Positions 19,791 through 29,205 of a DNA stretch of 64,000 nucleotides are shown here, piece by piece (the first letter of the stretch is position 1; the number at the start of each line of letters is the position of its first letter). Source of the DNA: Nitrosopumilus sp. GTDB lineage: Archaea > Thermoproteota > Nitrososphaeria > Nitrososphaerales > Nitrosopumilaceae. Where the stretch lies: NCBI GenBank assembly GCA_963662625.1, contig OY759726.1, positions 768,001-832,000 of the forward strand, in the 5' to 3' direction. The position numbers and the translations under genes are program-made. The notes under the pieces are model-generated. The model was given only the letters and a program-made list of their open reading frames with translations. It was not told the DNA's origin and ran no database searches.

Positions 19791-20269
19791 AGTTCCCCCT
19801 CCGCGAACTCCCGGAGGTTCCTGACGTGCGTCCCCTCCCAGTAGACCTGGCCGCACCGGGCGCACCTCCAAAACCTCTCGTGGAGTTCCAGCACCCCCGG
19901 GGGGACGGTCCCGTCGACGTCCCGCCCGCTGGCGGGCCTCGTGACCGAGTTGCGCCGCGTGCACCTGGCCGCGTCGCCGCTCATCTCCGGGCGCCCCTCC
20001 CGCAGGCGCCCCAGGACCTCCCGGAGCTGCTCCCCGTCGCAGGTTCCGGCCACCAGCACGGACTCGTGCCCGAGCCCCTGGCAGCGCCCCGCAAGATCCC
20101 TGTCCCTGGTCACTATGACCCTCCGCTCGTCCCTAGCGATCCTGACGAGCTCCGCGTCGCCTATGCCCGGGTCGTACCTGGAGTCGTAGCCGAACATGCG
20201 CAGCTTCCTAGCGACGCTTCCGAGCATCGCGTCTACGAAGAACCTCGGCCTGCCTGCTCCGTCAGGCAT
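19787..20269 (-). CDS. Mut7-C RNase (PIN-like) domain protein
   Basis: DAMLG..ARKLRMFGYD, IVTRD and CARCGQVYWEGTH. Confidence 0.9.
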   Translation of the reverse strand: MPDGAGRPRFFVDAMLGSVARKLRMFGYDSRYDPGIGDAELVRIARDERRVIVTRDRDLAGRCQGLGHESVLVAGTCDGEQLREVLGRLREGRPEMSGDAARCTRRNSVTRPASGRDVDGTVPPGVLELHERFWRCARCGQVYWEGTHVRNLREFAEGEL

Positions 20270-22163
20270 CCCCGCGGCCCACCTCCTTTATCTGGCTCTG
20301 GCCGGCGGGGAGGGCCCTGACAAAGTCGTCCATGCCTATCGCCCTGACCGCATCCTCCTCGAGTTTTAAAAATTCCACCCTGATCCGCTTGGCGACTTCG
20401 GCCATATCCGACCCGTGCGGCTCGATGACCGCATAGCAGACCGAGGCCCTCTTGACGGCCTCCGGCGGGCCGCACGTGATGGCGTGGCCGTCGTCCCGCC
20501 TGATCATCCCCACGGCCAGCCTGAGCGAGGAGATCCTGACGTAGTTGCGCTGCCCCTCTATTGTGAACGAGCCCTTCGGGAGAAACTGCCCGCTCGGGGC
20601 CGACTTCTTTACCTGCCCCGGGCTCACCCAGTACGCGCTGAGGCCGTACATCCCCTCCCTCCACGCCCGGCTGAAGCAGACGGTCGCGTGGGCGGCCTCG
20701 CTCATGCTGGCCGCCGGCGCGTCGTGGCCGCCCTTGAGGATGAAGAAGGGGGAGCCGAAGATGTCCCCGTGGAACACCCTGTCGTCCTTTCCAAGGCGCT
20801 TGCGCACCACCGCGGAGTTCGACGCCGCGTCCCTCCCCCCTATCGCGAGCAGGCCGTCGGTGGTAAAGAACCACCTGTACCTCTCGTACCAGCTCTTCTT
20901 CCGTATCTCGGAGACCCGCACGGCCCCCTCCGTCCTGTCGACGCCGTCCAGCCTCTTCCGGGTCTTTTCCATCACCCGCTCGATCGTGCCCACCGCGCCG
21001 GATTGTTTCTTTGCCGCGTCAAACAGGGCCGACGCGATCGACTGGAGCGGGGCCCCGTGGTCGACCCGGATCTTCTCGTCGCCCACGACCACCAGCTGGA
21101 CGCCCCTCTCGCTTCCCAGCATGGCGTTGTTGGCCTCCAGGATGGCCCGGGCGCGCCCGTCCTCGATCGACGTGATCCCGTCCGAGATCATCTGGTAGAT
21201 CGAGTTTGCTACCGTCGTTATGGCCCCCGCCTTCTCCTTGACTGCGTGGATCGCCCTCTGCTGCTCCGACAGCTGGCTTTCTAGATCCCTGATCCTCTTC
21301 TCGGATCCGCTTGTCTGCATCTTCTTGCCCCTCTCCACCAGGCTTTCTGTGAACACCGCGTCCAGGCCGGCGATGAAGCTCTCGGCCGCGGTGCAGTCCC
21401 CGCCGTCGGCCCCCAGCCTGAGCGGGACCGCCTCTGTCTTGTCTCCCCGGATTATGGCCGGCTCGTGCCTTCCCGCCGCCACGTCGGCCACCACCGACAT
21501 GGTGGTCGCGCAGATCCGGCCCGCGTCCCCGTCCGAAAGCCGGCTTCCGGCGGTCTTCGGGTCCACCCCCGCGATGCCGAATATGCCCTCGACGTACCTC
21601 TTTGGGAGCCCCATCGTCCTGCCGAGCCACTTTGCGGCTGGCAGGTCCGTCAGCCTCATGGGGGCAAAGTCGGCCTCAGAGGCATCGAGGGCGTCCAGCC
21701 CGTTCTGCGGGGGAGGCGCGTATTCCAGGCCCACCCCGAGCTTCCTGTGCCGCACGTCGATCGAGTGCTGCAGCGCGAGGATCTTCATCTGGCCGTTGCA
21801 CAGTATGATGTTCCCGTCCCCGAAGAACTCGCCCACGACGACGAACTCCTTGCCGAACCCGGCGAAGGTGAGGTATGCCACGCGTTCGGACCCCACCTGG
21901 CCCACCTCCTTCAGCTTCAGCCGCAGCAGGTCACTGCGCAGCCTCTTTTGCAGCCTGTTTGGCTCGATCTGGTCGATCTTCACGGACGTCAGCCATATGC
22001 CGAACGTGGTGACCATCATGAATACGTCGTCCTTCTCGGTGTGGTGGAGCTTGAACAGCACGCTGTCCCTGCTGATGCCGTAGATGTTGCTCACGTAGTA
22101 GTCCCGAACCCTGTCTGAGATCTGGTCTACCAGGTACCTGAGTTCTATCCCCGCAAGAGCCAT
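20262..22163 (-). CDS. rqcH: ribosome quality-control NFACT protein (Rqc2/RqcH)
   Basis: EFFGDGNIIL, coiled coil, WYERYRWF, GGRDA..N and GQFLPKGSF. Confidence 0.9.
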   Translation of the reverse strand: MALAGIELRYLVDQISDRVRDYYVSNIYGISRDSVLFKLHHTEKDDVFMMVTTFGIWLTSVKIDQIEPNRLQKRLRSDLLRLKLKEVGQVGSERVAYLTFAGFGKEFVVVGEFFGDGNIILCNGQMKILALQHSIDVRHRKLGVGLEYAPPPQNGLDALDASEADFAPMRLTDLPAAKWLGRTMGLPKRYVEGIFGIAGVDPKTAGSRLSDGDAGRICATTMSVVADVAAGRHEPAIIRGDKTEAVPLRLGADGGDCTAAESFIAGLDAVFTESLVERGKKMQTSGSEKRIRDLESQLSEQQRAIHAVKEKAGAITTVANSIYQMISDGITSIEDGRARAILEANNAMLGSERGVQLVVVGDEKIRVDHGAPLQSIASALFDAAKKQSGAVGTIERVMEKTRKRLDGVDRTEGAVRVSEIRKKSWYERYRWFFTTDGLLAIGGRDAASNSAVVRKRLGKDDRVFHGDIFGSPFFILKGGHDAPAASMSEAAHATVCFSRAWREGMYGLSAYWVSPGQVKKSAPSGQFLPKGSFTIEGQRNYVRISSLRLAVGMIRRDDGHAITCGPPEAVKRASVCYAVIEPHGSDMAEVAKRIRVEFLKLEEDAVRAIGMDDFVRALPAGQSQIKEVGRGDA

Positions 22164-22266
22164 GCCCATCTGCCTCGTGTATAAAACCATGCCCCGCCCG
22201 GTTTATGCACGTTTTGCTAGCCAAAGATTTTAAACAAGGCTAGCATGAGTCATCCTAGAAATTTAC

Positions 22267-22758
22267 TTGGCAAGATTCAAAAAAAAGAAGTCCAAACCCA
22301 CCCCCGACCCCGCGGATCTAAAAAAAGCCCCCGGCGATGAGGGGAGCGCTGGGACCCCTGAGCCTAGCCAAGAAAAGGCCGCGCCCGACGTCGCGCCCCC
22401 CGCCGGGCCGGCCGACTTCCAGGCCGAGAAAAGCGAGAAAGACAGGAAGCTGAACAGGCTGTTCTGGCTGCGCGTGGGCCTGGCAGTCATTGCGGGGACC
22501 GCGGCGACCTTCATATTCGAGGACATAGAGGGGGAGGAACGGAGGTGGGCGTCCATCGCCTTCATGATAAGCGTGTTCATCGTGACGATCTTCATCGCAA
22601 AGGGGATGGAGATGCAGCTGCCCGCGTCCGACAGGAAGAAGATCGTGACGCAGGGCATAGGAAGCTACATCTTCATCTACCTCTTCGTGTGGATCGTGTC
22701 CTACACGCTGGTCAACGCCGGGAACGCGTCGGCCGGGATCCCGTCCCCCCTGACATGA
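22267..22758 (+). CDS. hypothetical membrane protein (3 TM)
   Basis: Low-complexity N-terminus followed by three hydrophobic helices. Confidence 0.8.
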   Translation: MARFKKKKSKPTPDPADLKKAPGDEGSAGTPEPSQEKAAPDVAPPAGPADFQAEKSEKDRKLNRLFWLRVGLAVIAGTAATFIFEDIEGEERRWASIAFMISVFIVTIFIAKGMEMQLPASDRKKIVTQGIGSYIFIYLFVWIVSYTLVNAGNASAGIPSPLT

Positions 22759-23366
22759 CGGGCGCCGGCTTGCCCAAGTGGGGCTTCAAGACTCCCGGGA
22801 TCCCCGACGGGGAGTTTGAGCGCTCCGAGAAGGTCCCCATAACCAAGGAGGAGGCAAGGGCCATCCAGATCAGCAAGGCAAGGCTCCGTCCGGGCCAGAC
22901 CGTATACGACATCGGCTGCGGGAGCGGTTCCGTGTCGGTGGAGGCCGCCCTGCAGGTGGAGGGTTCGGGAAGGGTCATCGCGGTGGACCACGATCCCGGC
23001 GCGGTCGAGCTGACCAAGAGGAACCTGGATAGGTTCTCGCTGTCCAACGTCTCGGTGGTCCTCGGGGACGCCAAGGAGCGGATCCCGGGGCTGGAGCCGG
23101 CCGACGCGATATTTGTGGGCGGGACGGGCGGCGACACGAGGGACATAGTGGAGCTGTGCCACGGCAGGCTGAAGGCGGGGGGGAGGATAGTGCTGGGCGT
23201 CATCCTGATCGAGACGCTGCACGCGGTCCTTCGGGCGCTGGAGGAGCTCGGCTTTGACGCCGTGGACGTCACCCAGATCACCGTGGCGAAGGGCAGGAAG
23301 ACGTCCACCGGGACCATGATGCTTGCGAGAAACCCCGTCACGATAGTCTCCGCGACCAGGGCCTGA
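22755..23366 (+). CDS. cbiT: cobalt-precorrin-6B C15-methyltransferase (decarboxylating)
   Basis: PITKEE, DIGCGSGSVSVE, FVGG and ARNPV motifs. Confidence 0.93.
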   Translation: MTGAGLPKWGFKTPGIPDGEFERSEKVPITKEEARAIQISKARLRPGQTVYDIGCGSGSVSVEAALQVEGSGRVIAVDHDPGAVELTKRNLDRFSLSNVSVVLGDAKERIPGLEPADAIFVGGTGGDTRDIVELCHGRLKAGGRIVLGVILIETLHAVLRALEELGFDAVDVTQITVAKGRKTSTGTMMLARNPVTIVSATRA

Positions 23367-23402
23367 CCTAGATTTTTAACTGTGCCTGTTGCACACATCC
23401 CC

Positions 23403-24122
23403 ATGGCCGAACTGATCGGGGTCGGCGTGGGCCCGGGAGACCCCGACTTGCTAACGGTAAAGGCGGTGAACGCCATACGCAACGCCGACGTCATAATGTG
23501 CCCGGCCTCCAAGGAGGACAGGCCCAGCATCGCGCTGTCCGTGGTGTCCTCGCTGATCGACAGGTCGAGCCAGGAGGTGGTCAAGCTGGTCTTCCCGATG
23601 ACGAAGGACAGGGGGGTCCTGGAGTCGACCTGGAAGCGGAACGCCGGGGTGATGGCCGGCAAGGTCCTGGCCGGCAAGAACGTGGTATACATCACGGTGG
23701 GCGATCCGTACCTGTACAGCACCTGGATCTACATGCACAGGGACATCGAGGAGAACCACCCGGAGATAAGGCAGAGCGTCGTCCCGGGCATAGTCTCCAT
23801 GTTCACGTTTGCGTCAAAGGTGGGCGTCAGCATCGCCGAGGGCGCGGAGAAGGTCTCGATAATCCCGTCATGCTACGACCTCTCGTCGGTCAAGGAGATA
23901 GCGAGGAACTCCGAGACGATGGTCTTTCTCAAGGACGGGAGGTACTTTGACCGGGTAATCGACGTCCTGAGGGAGGCCGGGTTCGGCGACGACTCCGTCT
24001 TCGCCATAGGGCAGGACCTCGGCACCGAGCACGAGATCATAAGAAAGCTCACGCTGGGCCAGGTGAACGACGGGACGCTTACCACGAAATACTTTTCGAT
24101 CCTGGTGGTAAAGCGTGCCTAG
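23403..24122 (+). CDS. cbiL: precorrin-2 C20-methyltransferase
   Basis: GVGPGDPDLLT, FPM, GDP.LYST and YFS motifs. Confidence 0.93.
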   Translation: MAELIGVGVGPGDPDLLTVKAVNAIRNADVIMCPASKEDRPSIALSVVSSLIDRSSQEVVKLVFPMTKDRGVLESTWKRNAGVMAGKVLAGKNVVYITVGDPYLYSTWIYMHRDIEENHPEIRQSVVPGIVSMFTFASKVGVSIAEGAEKVSIIPSCYDLSSVKEIARNSETMVFLKDGRYFDRVIDVLREAGFGDDSVFAIGQDLGTEHEIIRKLTLGQVNDGTLTTKYFSILVVKRA

Positions 24123-24882
24123 CGTCTTCTTTGTCGGGTGCGGGCCCGGGGATCCCGAGCTGATAACGGTGAAGGCCAAGAAGCTGATCCAGAAGGCCGA
24201 CGTCGTCGTCTTCTCGGGATCCCTGATCCCCGAGCCCGTGCTGAAGCTGTGCAGGAAGGGGGAACTCCACGACGCCTCGGGCATGGTCAGGGAGGAGATC
24301 TTCGACCTGCTGTACGGCAACGCCAGGAAGGGCAGGCTCGTGGTGAGGCTGCATGACGGCGATCCGTCGATCTACGGCGCGATAAGGGAGCAGATGGACG
24401 GCCTGGAAGAGAAGGGGATAAGCTCGGTGGTCGTGCCCGGCGTCACCGCGTTCCTGGCCTCCGCCGCGGCCCTGGGAACCCAGCTCACGCTGCCAGGCGT
24501 CACGCAGACCATAATAGTCACGAGGGCGGAGTCCAGGACCAAGGTCCCCAAGCGCGAGAGGATCGCCGAGCTTGCAAGGCACCGGGCCACGCTGGTCTTC
24601 TACCTTAGCGTGCACCTGGTGGCGGACCTGGTCAGGGAGGCGCTGGCGGGGGGATACCCCGAGTCCACTCCCGTCGCGGTGGTGTACAGGGCAAGCTGGA
24701 AGGACCAGCAGATCGTCAGGGGCACGCTGTCCTCGATCGCCGGGAAGGTGAGGGAGCAGAAGATCACGCGCACCGCGGTCGTGATAGTCGGGGACGTGGT
24801 GGATCCCAAGTCCTACGAGCACTCCAGGCTGTATGACAAGACGTTCAGCCACGGGTACCGCAGGGCCAAGGTCAGGCGGTGA
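24115..24882 (+). CDS. cbiF: precorrin-4 C11-methyltransferase
   Basis: GCGPGDPELIT, RLHDGDPSIYGA and SRLYD..FSHGYR. Confidence 0.95.
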   Translation: MPSVFFVGCGPGDPELITVKAKKLIQKADVVVFSGSLIPEPVLKLCRKGELHDASGMVREEIFDLLYGNARKGRLVVRLHDGDPSIYGAIREQMDGLEEKGISSVVVPGVTAFLASAAALGTQLTLPGVTQTIIVTRAESRTKVPKRERIAELARHRATLVFYLSVHLVADLVREALAGGYPESTPVAVVYRASWKDQQIVRGTLSSIAGKVREQKITRTAVVIVGDVVDPKSYEHSRLYDKTFSHGYRRAKVRR

Positions 24883-25627
24883 AGCGTCCGGCCCTGCTCC
24901 TGATCCCCAGCCTTGCCAGGTCCCTCTCGAGCTCCCGCGCGTCCCCGCTGGTATAGACCCGCAGCCCGGCCCGGCCCGACTCCCCGATCCTTCCCGCCAC
25001 CTCGGCGGCCACCGACTCGGCCGGGTCCAGGAACCCCACTCCCGGAAACTCCGACTCCAGGAGTGGCCTCAGGAACGGCAGGTGGGTGCTCGAGAGCGTC
25101 GCCGCGTCGATGCCGCCGTCCCGGATCCTCTTTCCTAGCGCTGCCCTGATCTCGCCCCTGCACCGGGCCTCGTCGGTCAGGAACGCGCCGTCCTCCACCA
25201 GATCCACCAGCGGGGACGCGTTGATCCTGTGCACCGTCGTCCCCGCCGGCAGGCGCTGCCGCGCGATGTAGTCGGCCATCCCCCTGCTGGCCACGGCGGC
25301 CCCGGTCCCCAGCACCGCGATGTTCCCGGTCGCGGAGGCGCGGGCCGCCTGCCTTACCGGCGGGAACACCCCGATCACCCCCTCGCCGCACCCCAGCACC
25401 AGCGAGGGCGTGTTCGACGCCATCACGATGACGTCCGGCGCGAACTCCTCGCGCAGCGCCCTCACGGTCCTGCCTATGATCCTGCCCAGCTGCCGCCGTG
25501 ACTTGTTGCCGTACGGGAAGTTCTCCCGGTCCGCAAAATAGACGATCTCGCACCTCGCGGCGGCCCGGATTGCCCTGATCACGGACAGCGAGCCCAGCCC
25601 CGAGTCAAACACCGCCACCCTGGCCAT
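24872..25627 (-). CDS. glutamate racemase (MurI)-like protein with Ser at both catalytic positions
   Basis: FDSGLG, PYG.K, ASNT (canonical ACNT) and SSTH (canonical GCTH). Confidence 0.85.
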   Translation of the reverse strand: MARVAVFDSGLGSLSVIRAIRAAARCEIVYFADRENFPYGNKSRRQLGRIIGRTVRALREEFAPDVIVMASNTPSLVLGCGEGVIGVFPPVRQAARASATGNIAVLGTGAAVASRGMADYIARQRLPAGTTVHRINASPLVDLVEDGAFLTDEARCRGEIRAALGKRIRDGGIDAATLSSTHLPFLRPLLESEFPGVGFLDPAESVAAEVAGRIGESGRAGLRVYTSGDARELERDLARLGIRSRAGRFTA

Positions 25628-25662
25628 GGGTCACGCACGCGGCCCCTCCTAATAGTTTGTTA

Positions 25663-25674
25663 GCTAAATTTAGC
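25663..25674. promoter_or_regulatory. perfect 12-bp palindrome upstream of the cdvB promoter
   Basis: GCTAAATTTAGC, just upstream of TATA-like ctaaatata. Confidence 0.45.
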
Positions 25675-25731
25675 CCCAAGTTGATCTAAATATACACCGT
25701 TCATTAAGAGCCAACTCCGGCAGTACCAGGC

Positions 25732-26379
25732 ATGCCAAATTTCGACAAGACTTGGGCTCGACAAGAGACCCAAAGCGTAACTGGCAAACTACGTGATGCA
25801 GTAAAGCCTCAGGGCGCACTGAAACCCAGAATACAGACCGCAGTCAACAAGCTCCAGGTCCAGATATCCAAGATGGACTCCATGCTCGGGAAACTGCACG
25901 AGAGGGACTCGCAGCTCTTCCAGAGAATCGTGACTGCCATGCAGCAGCACGACACCAGCACGAGCAGGGTGCTGTCAAACGAGCTGGCCGAGATCCGCAA
26001 GGTCACAAAGATGCTGGGCAATGCAAGGATGTCGCTGGAACAGGTCCAACTACGGCTGACGACCATTCACGACCTTGGCGACGCCATGGTGGCAATCGGG
26101 CCCGCTATGTCCACGATGAAGGGACTAAAGTCATCGCTGGGACGGTTCATGCCGGAGGCGGACTCGGAACTGAATTCCATGACGCAGACGCTCAACGGCC
26201 TGATGATGGACTCGCTTGCCGGCGACTCGTTCAGCATGGACTCGGACATATCGAGCGAGGAGACGGACAAGATCCTGCAGGAAGCATCCGCAGTGGCAGA
26301 GCAGCAGATCGGGGACAAGTTCCCGTCTGTACCCTCCCAAACCGGACTCTCGTCCCAGTCTTCCTCTACGTTTGAGTAG
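25732..26379 (+). CDS. cdvB: ESCRT-III / Snf7 CdvB paralog
   Basis: Helical hairpin with NELAEIRK, LEQVQLRL.T..DLGD and ILQEAS. Confidence 0.9.
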   Translation: MPNFDKTWARQETQSVTGKLRDAVKPQGALKPRIQTAVNKLQVQISKMDSMLGKLHERDSQLFQRIVTAMQQHDTSTSRVLSNELAEIRKVTKMLGNARMSLEQVQLRLTTIHDLGDAMVAIGPAMSTMKGLKSSLGRFMPEADSELNSMTQTLNGLMMDSLAGDSFSMDSDISSEETDKILQEASAVAEQQIGDKFPSVPSQTGLSSQSSSTFE

Positions 26380-26398
26380 GGGCGGGACGACGTCCGTC

Positions 26399-26404
26399 TT
26401 TTTT
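26399..26404 (+). terminator. oligo-T terminator candidate after cdvB
   Basis: T6 tract 20 nt after the stop codon. Confidence 0.35.
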
Positions 26405-26448
26405 GGCCAAACTCGCGCGCGGGGCCTCCGGGCTGGCCACCCGCGGCG

Positions 26449-27606
26449 CTATCCCCAGGCCTTTTCCTTGAAGGTCCACTTCTTGTTCAGGACGTAGTTC
26501 CCCGCGGCCGCGGCGAGGACGGCGACTACCAGCGCTGCCGGGTACGATAAGGCGTGCTGGTCCACCAGGTGGTACACCATCCCGAGCTGGACCAGCGCCC
26601 CGAGCGAGCTGAACAGCACGAACTTCCCGTACTGCCCGACGGTCCTGCCCGGCGCGAAGTCCCTGTCGCCAAACGTCCACGTCTTGTTGAGCAGGAAGTT
26701 AGTCGTCATCGACGCCCCGATTCCCACCAGGTTCGCGTGGAGGTACCACAGGTCGGAGGCCCCCGCAAACAGCAGGGAGAGCAGGAAGTTTACCGCGAAG
26801 CCGATGGCCCCCACCGTGTAGAACCTGGCCGCCTTTGAGAGGAACTTCACGGAGTTGCGCCTGTCGTCCTTCTCGGCGGCCTTGCCGAACTTGTACAGCC
26901 TCCAGACGGATTTTATGTAGTCCGAGACGGTCGAGGGGCTCAGCTTGCTAGAGCCCCGGGCCCTGTCCTCGAACGTGTACGGGATCTCCCTCACGTCGAG
27001 CCCGCTCTTCTTTACCAGTATCTCCAGGAGGATCTTGTAGCCTATGGCGTCGAAGTTGATCCCCTTGATGATGTTCCTCCTGAACACGAAGAACCCCGAC
27101 ATCGGGTCGGTCGGCTTGACCCCCAGCCCCTTCTTGGCGATCCACGTCGCGACCCTGCTCATGATCTTCCTTTTCATGGGCCACTCGCGGATATTGCCCC
27201 CGCGGATGTACCTCGAGGCCACCACCAGGTCGCACTGGTACTGCCGCAGGGCCTCGACCATCTTGGGGATGACCTGCGGGGGGTGCGACAGGTCGCTGTC
27301 CATGACCACTATCGTGTCGCCCGTCGCGTGCTGGATCCCGTTGAGCACCGCGGAGCTCAGCCCCCGCTTTGCCGTCCTGTGGATGACGTCGACCGTATAG
27401 TCGGCGAGGCTCTTGACCGTCTTCAGGTAGTCCTCCACGATCCTCCCGGTCCCGTCAGGCGAGCCGTCGTCGACCACTATGGTCTGGGTGACCAGGTTTT
27501 TGGGCAGGTTCTCCTTGATCGACTTTAACACGGCCAGGATGTTCTGCGACTCGTTGTACGTGGGGAGTATGATCGACACCTGCGCGTCTCTGGTGGCCAC
27601 CGGCAT
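26449..27606 (-). CDS. polyprenol-phosphate mannosyltransferase (GT2) fused to a GtrA domain
   Basis: PTYNE, VDDGSPDGT, MDSDLSH and DPMSGFF; C-terminal 4-TM GtrA region (NFLLNKTWTF). Confidence 0.92.
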   Translation of the reverse strand: MPVATRDAQVSIILPTYNESQNILAVLKSIKENLPKNLVTQTIVVDDGSPDGTGRIVEDYLKTVKSLADYTVDVIHRTAKRGLSSAVLNGIQHATGDTIVVMDSDLSHPPQVIPKMVEALRQYQCDLVVASRYIRGGNIREWPMKRKIMSRVATWIAKKGLGVKPTDPMSGFFVFRRNIIKGINFDAIGYKILLEILVKKSGLDVREIPYTFEDRARGSSKLSPSTVSDYIKSVWRLYKFGKAAEKDDRRNSVKFLSKAARFYTVGAIGFAVNFLLSLLFAGASDLWYLHANLVGIGASMTTNFLLNKTWTFGDRDFAPGRTVGQYGKFVLFSSLGALVQLGMVYHLVDQHALSYPAALVVAVLAAAAGNYVLNKKWTFKEKAWG

Positions 27607-27744
27607 TGATCCTAACAGAAAAACATGTGGTTATTAGTTTTTGGTGGGGCAATAGTTGAGGAGGTGCTCAAGCTTAGTTGCGGCTTGGGCCGCGGGCGCC
27701 CGGCCTCCCGCGGCCCAGGCGGTGCGCGGGGCGGCCCGCGCGCC

Positions 27745-29202
27745 TCACGGGAACGCGGTGCCCTCGGCCAGTACCGAGCCGATCTCGGAGATCTTGATCC
27801 TCCTCTGCTCCATGGAGTCCCTCTGGCGCAGCGTGACCGTCTGGTCCTCGAGCGTCTGGTGGTCCACCGTCAGCGCAAACGGCGCGCCGACCTCGTCGAG
27901 CCTCCTGTACCGCCTTCCGACGGCCCCCGAGTGGTCCAGGAACGAGTCGAACCTCCTCTTTATCTGCGAGTGGATCTCGTCTGCCTTCTCCTTCAGCCCG
28001 TCCTTCTTCACCAGCGACAGCACGCCCGTGTGCACCGGGGAGAGGTACGGCCTCAGCGACAGGACGTGCCGCTCGTGCTCCCTGTCGTCCACGAGGGAGT
28101 GCTCGAGGATGGTGTACAGGCTCCTGTCTATCCCCATCGAGATCTCGAAGACGTGCGGCAGCACCTTCTGGTCGCCGTCCATCACCTCGAACTTCTCCTT
28201 GCTCTTGCCCGCGTGGTGGGACAGGTCGTAGTCCGACCTATAGTTGCACGCCACGAGCTCAAGCCAGCCGATCGAGGTCTCGACCTCGAGGTCAAAGGAC
28301 ACCTCGGCGTAGAACGCCTTTTCCTTGTCCCCCAGCTTCCTGAACCTGCTCCTCGCCGTGTCGATCCCGGTCTTGTCGTAGAACTCTTCCAGTATCCCGA
28401 GGTAGTACGCGACAAACTTGTTTGGGACCATGCCGGACTCCACGGCCTCCCCGCAGGTCACCTCCGCCAGCCCGTCCTCCCCGTGTATCCTGATCACCGT
28501 GTCGCGCACGCCGTGAAACCCCCTTATCATGTCGAGTTTCTGCGGGTTGCAGAACACCTCTATCTCCGCCTGGTAGAACTCGCGCAGCCTCAGCAGGCTC
28601 TGCCTCGGTGATATCTCGTTCCTGAAGCTCTTTCCCACCTGGGCGATCCCCAGGGGGAGCTTCCCGCGCATGGTCTTGAACAGCCTTGGAAAGTCCACGA
28701 AGATGGACTGGCACGTCTCCGGCCTGAGGTACGCGACCTCCTCGTCGGGGCCGATGCCCACCTTGAACATCATGTTGAACTTCTTGGCGGCGCCGAACTC
28801 CCCGCCGCATTTCTGGCACCTTATCCGCTCCTTCCTTATCGCGTCGTCAAACTCCTCCAGGGCCGCGCTCTCGGGAATCTCTATCCCCGCCACCTCCGCG
28901 ATCATCCGGTCGGCGCGGAGCGTCGACCCGCACTGTGCGCATTTCACGATCGGGTCGGCAAAGCTTGTCAGGTGCCCCGACGCCTCAAACACCGACTTCG
29001 ACATGATCTGCGAGCCGTCGATCTCGAGCATCCCGTCGCGCCTGACGAGCTCCCTCCTCCACAGCTCGAGGAACTTGTTTTTCAGGCCCACGCCGGACGG
29101 GCCGTACTCCCAAAACCCCGCCTGCGCGTCCCCGTACACCCCGCAGCTGGGAAAGTAGAACCCGCGTTCGAGCGCGAGCTTCATCACGTCCTCGTAGGCC
29201 AT
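27745..29202 (-). CDS. glyS: glycine--tRNA ligase
   Basis: YLRPETCQ, FRNEISPRQ, RLREF and anticodon-binding domain. Confidence 0.97.
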   Translation of the reverse strand: MAYEDVMKLALERGFYFPSCGVYGDAQAGFWEYGPSGVGLKNKFLELWRRELVRRDGMLEIDGSQIMSKSVFEASGHLTSFADPIVKCAQCGSTLRADRMIAEVAGIEIPESAALEEFDDAIRKERIRCQKCGGEFGAAKKFNMMFKVGIGPDEEVAYLRPETCQSIFVDFPRLFKTMRGKLPLGIAQVGKSFRNEISPRQSLLRLREFYQAEIEVFCNPQKLDMIRGFHGVRDTVIRIHGEDGLAEVTCGEAVESGMVPNKFVAYYLGILEEFYDKTGIDTARSRFRKLGDKEKAFYAEVSFDLEVETSIGWLELVACNYRSDYDLSHHAGKSKEKFEVMDGDQKVLPHVFEISMGIDRSLYTILEHSLVDDREHERHVLSLRPYLSPVHTGVLSLVKKDGLKEKADEIHSQIKRRFDSFLDHSGAVGRRYRRLDEVGAPFALTVDHQTLEDQTVTLRQRDSMEQRRIKISEIGSVLAEGTAFP

Positions 29203-29205
29203 GCC

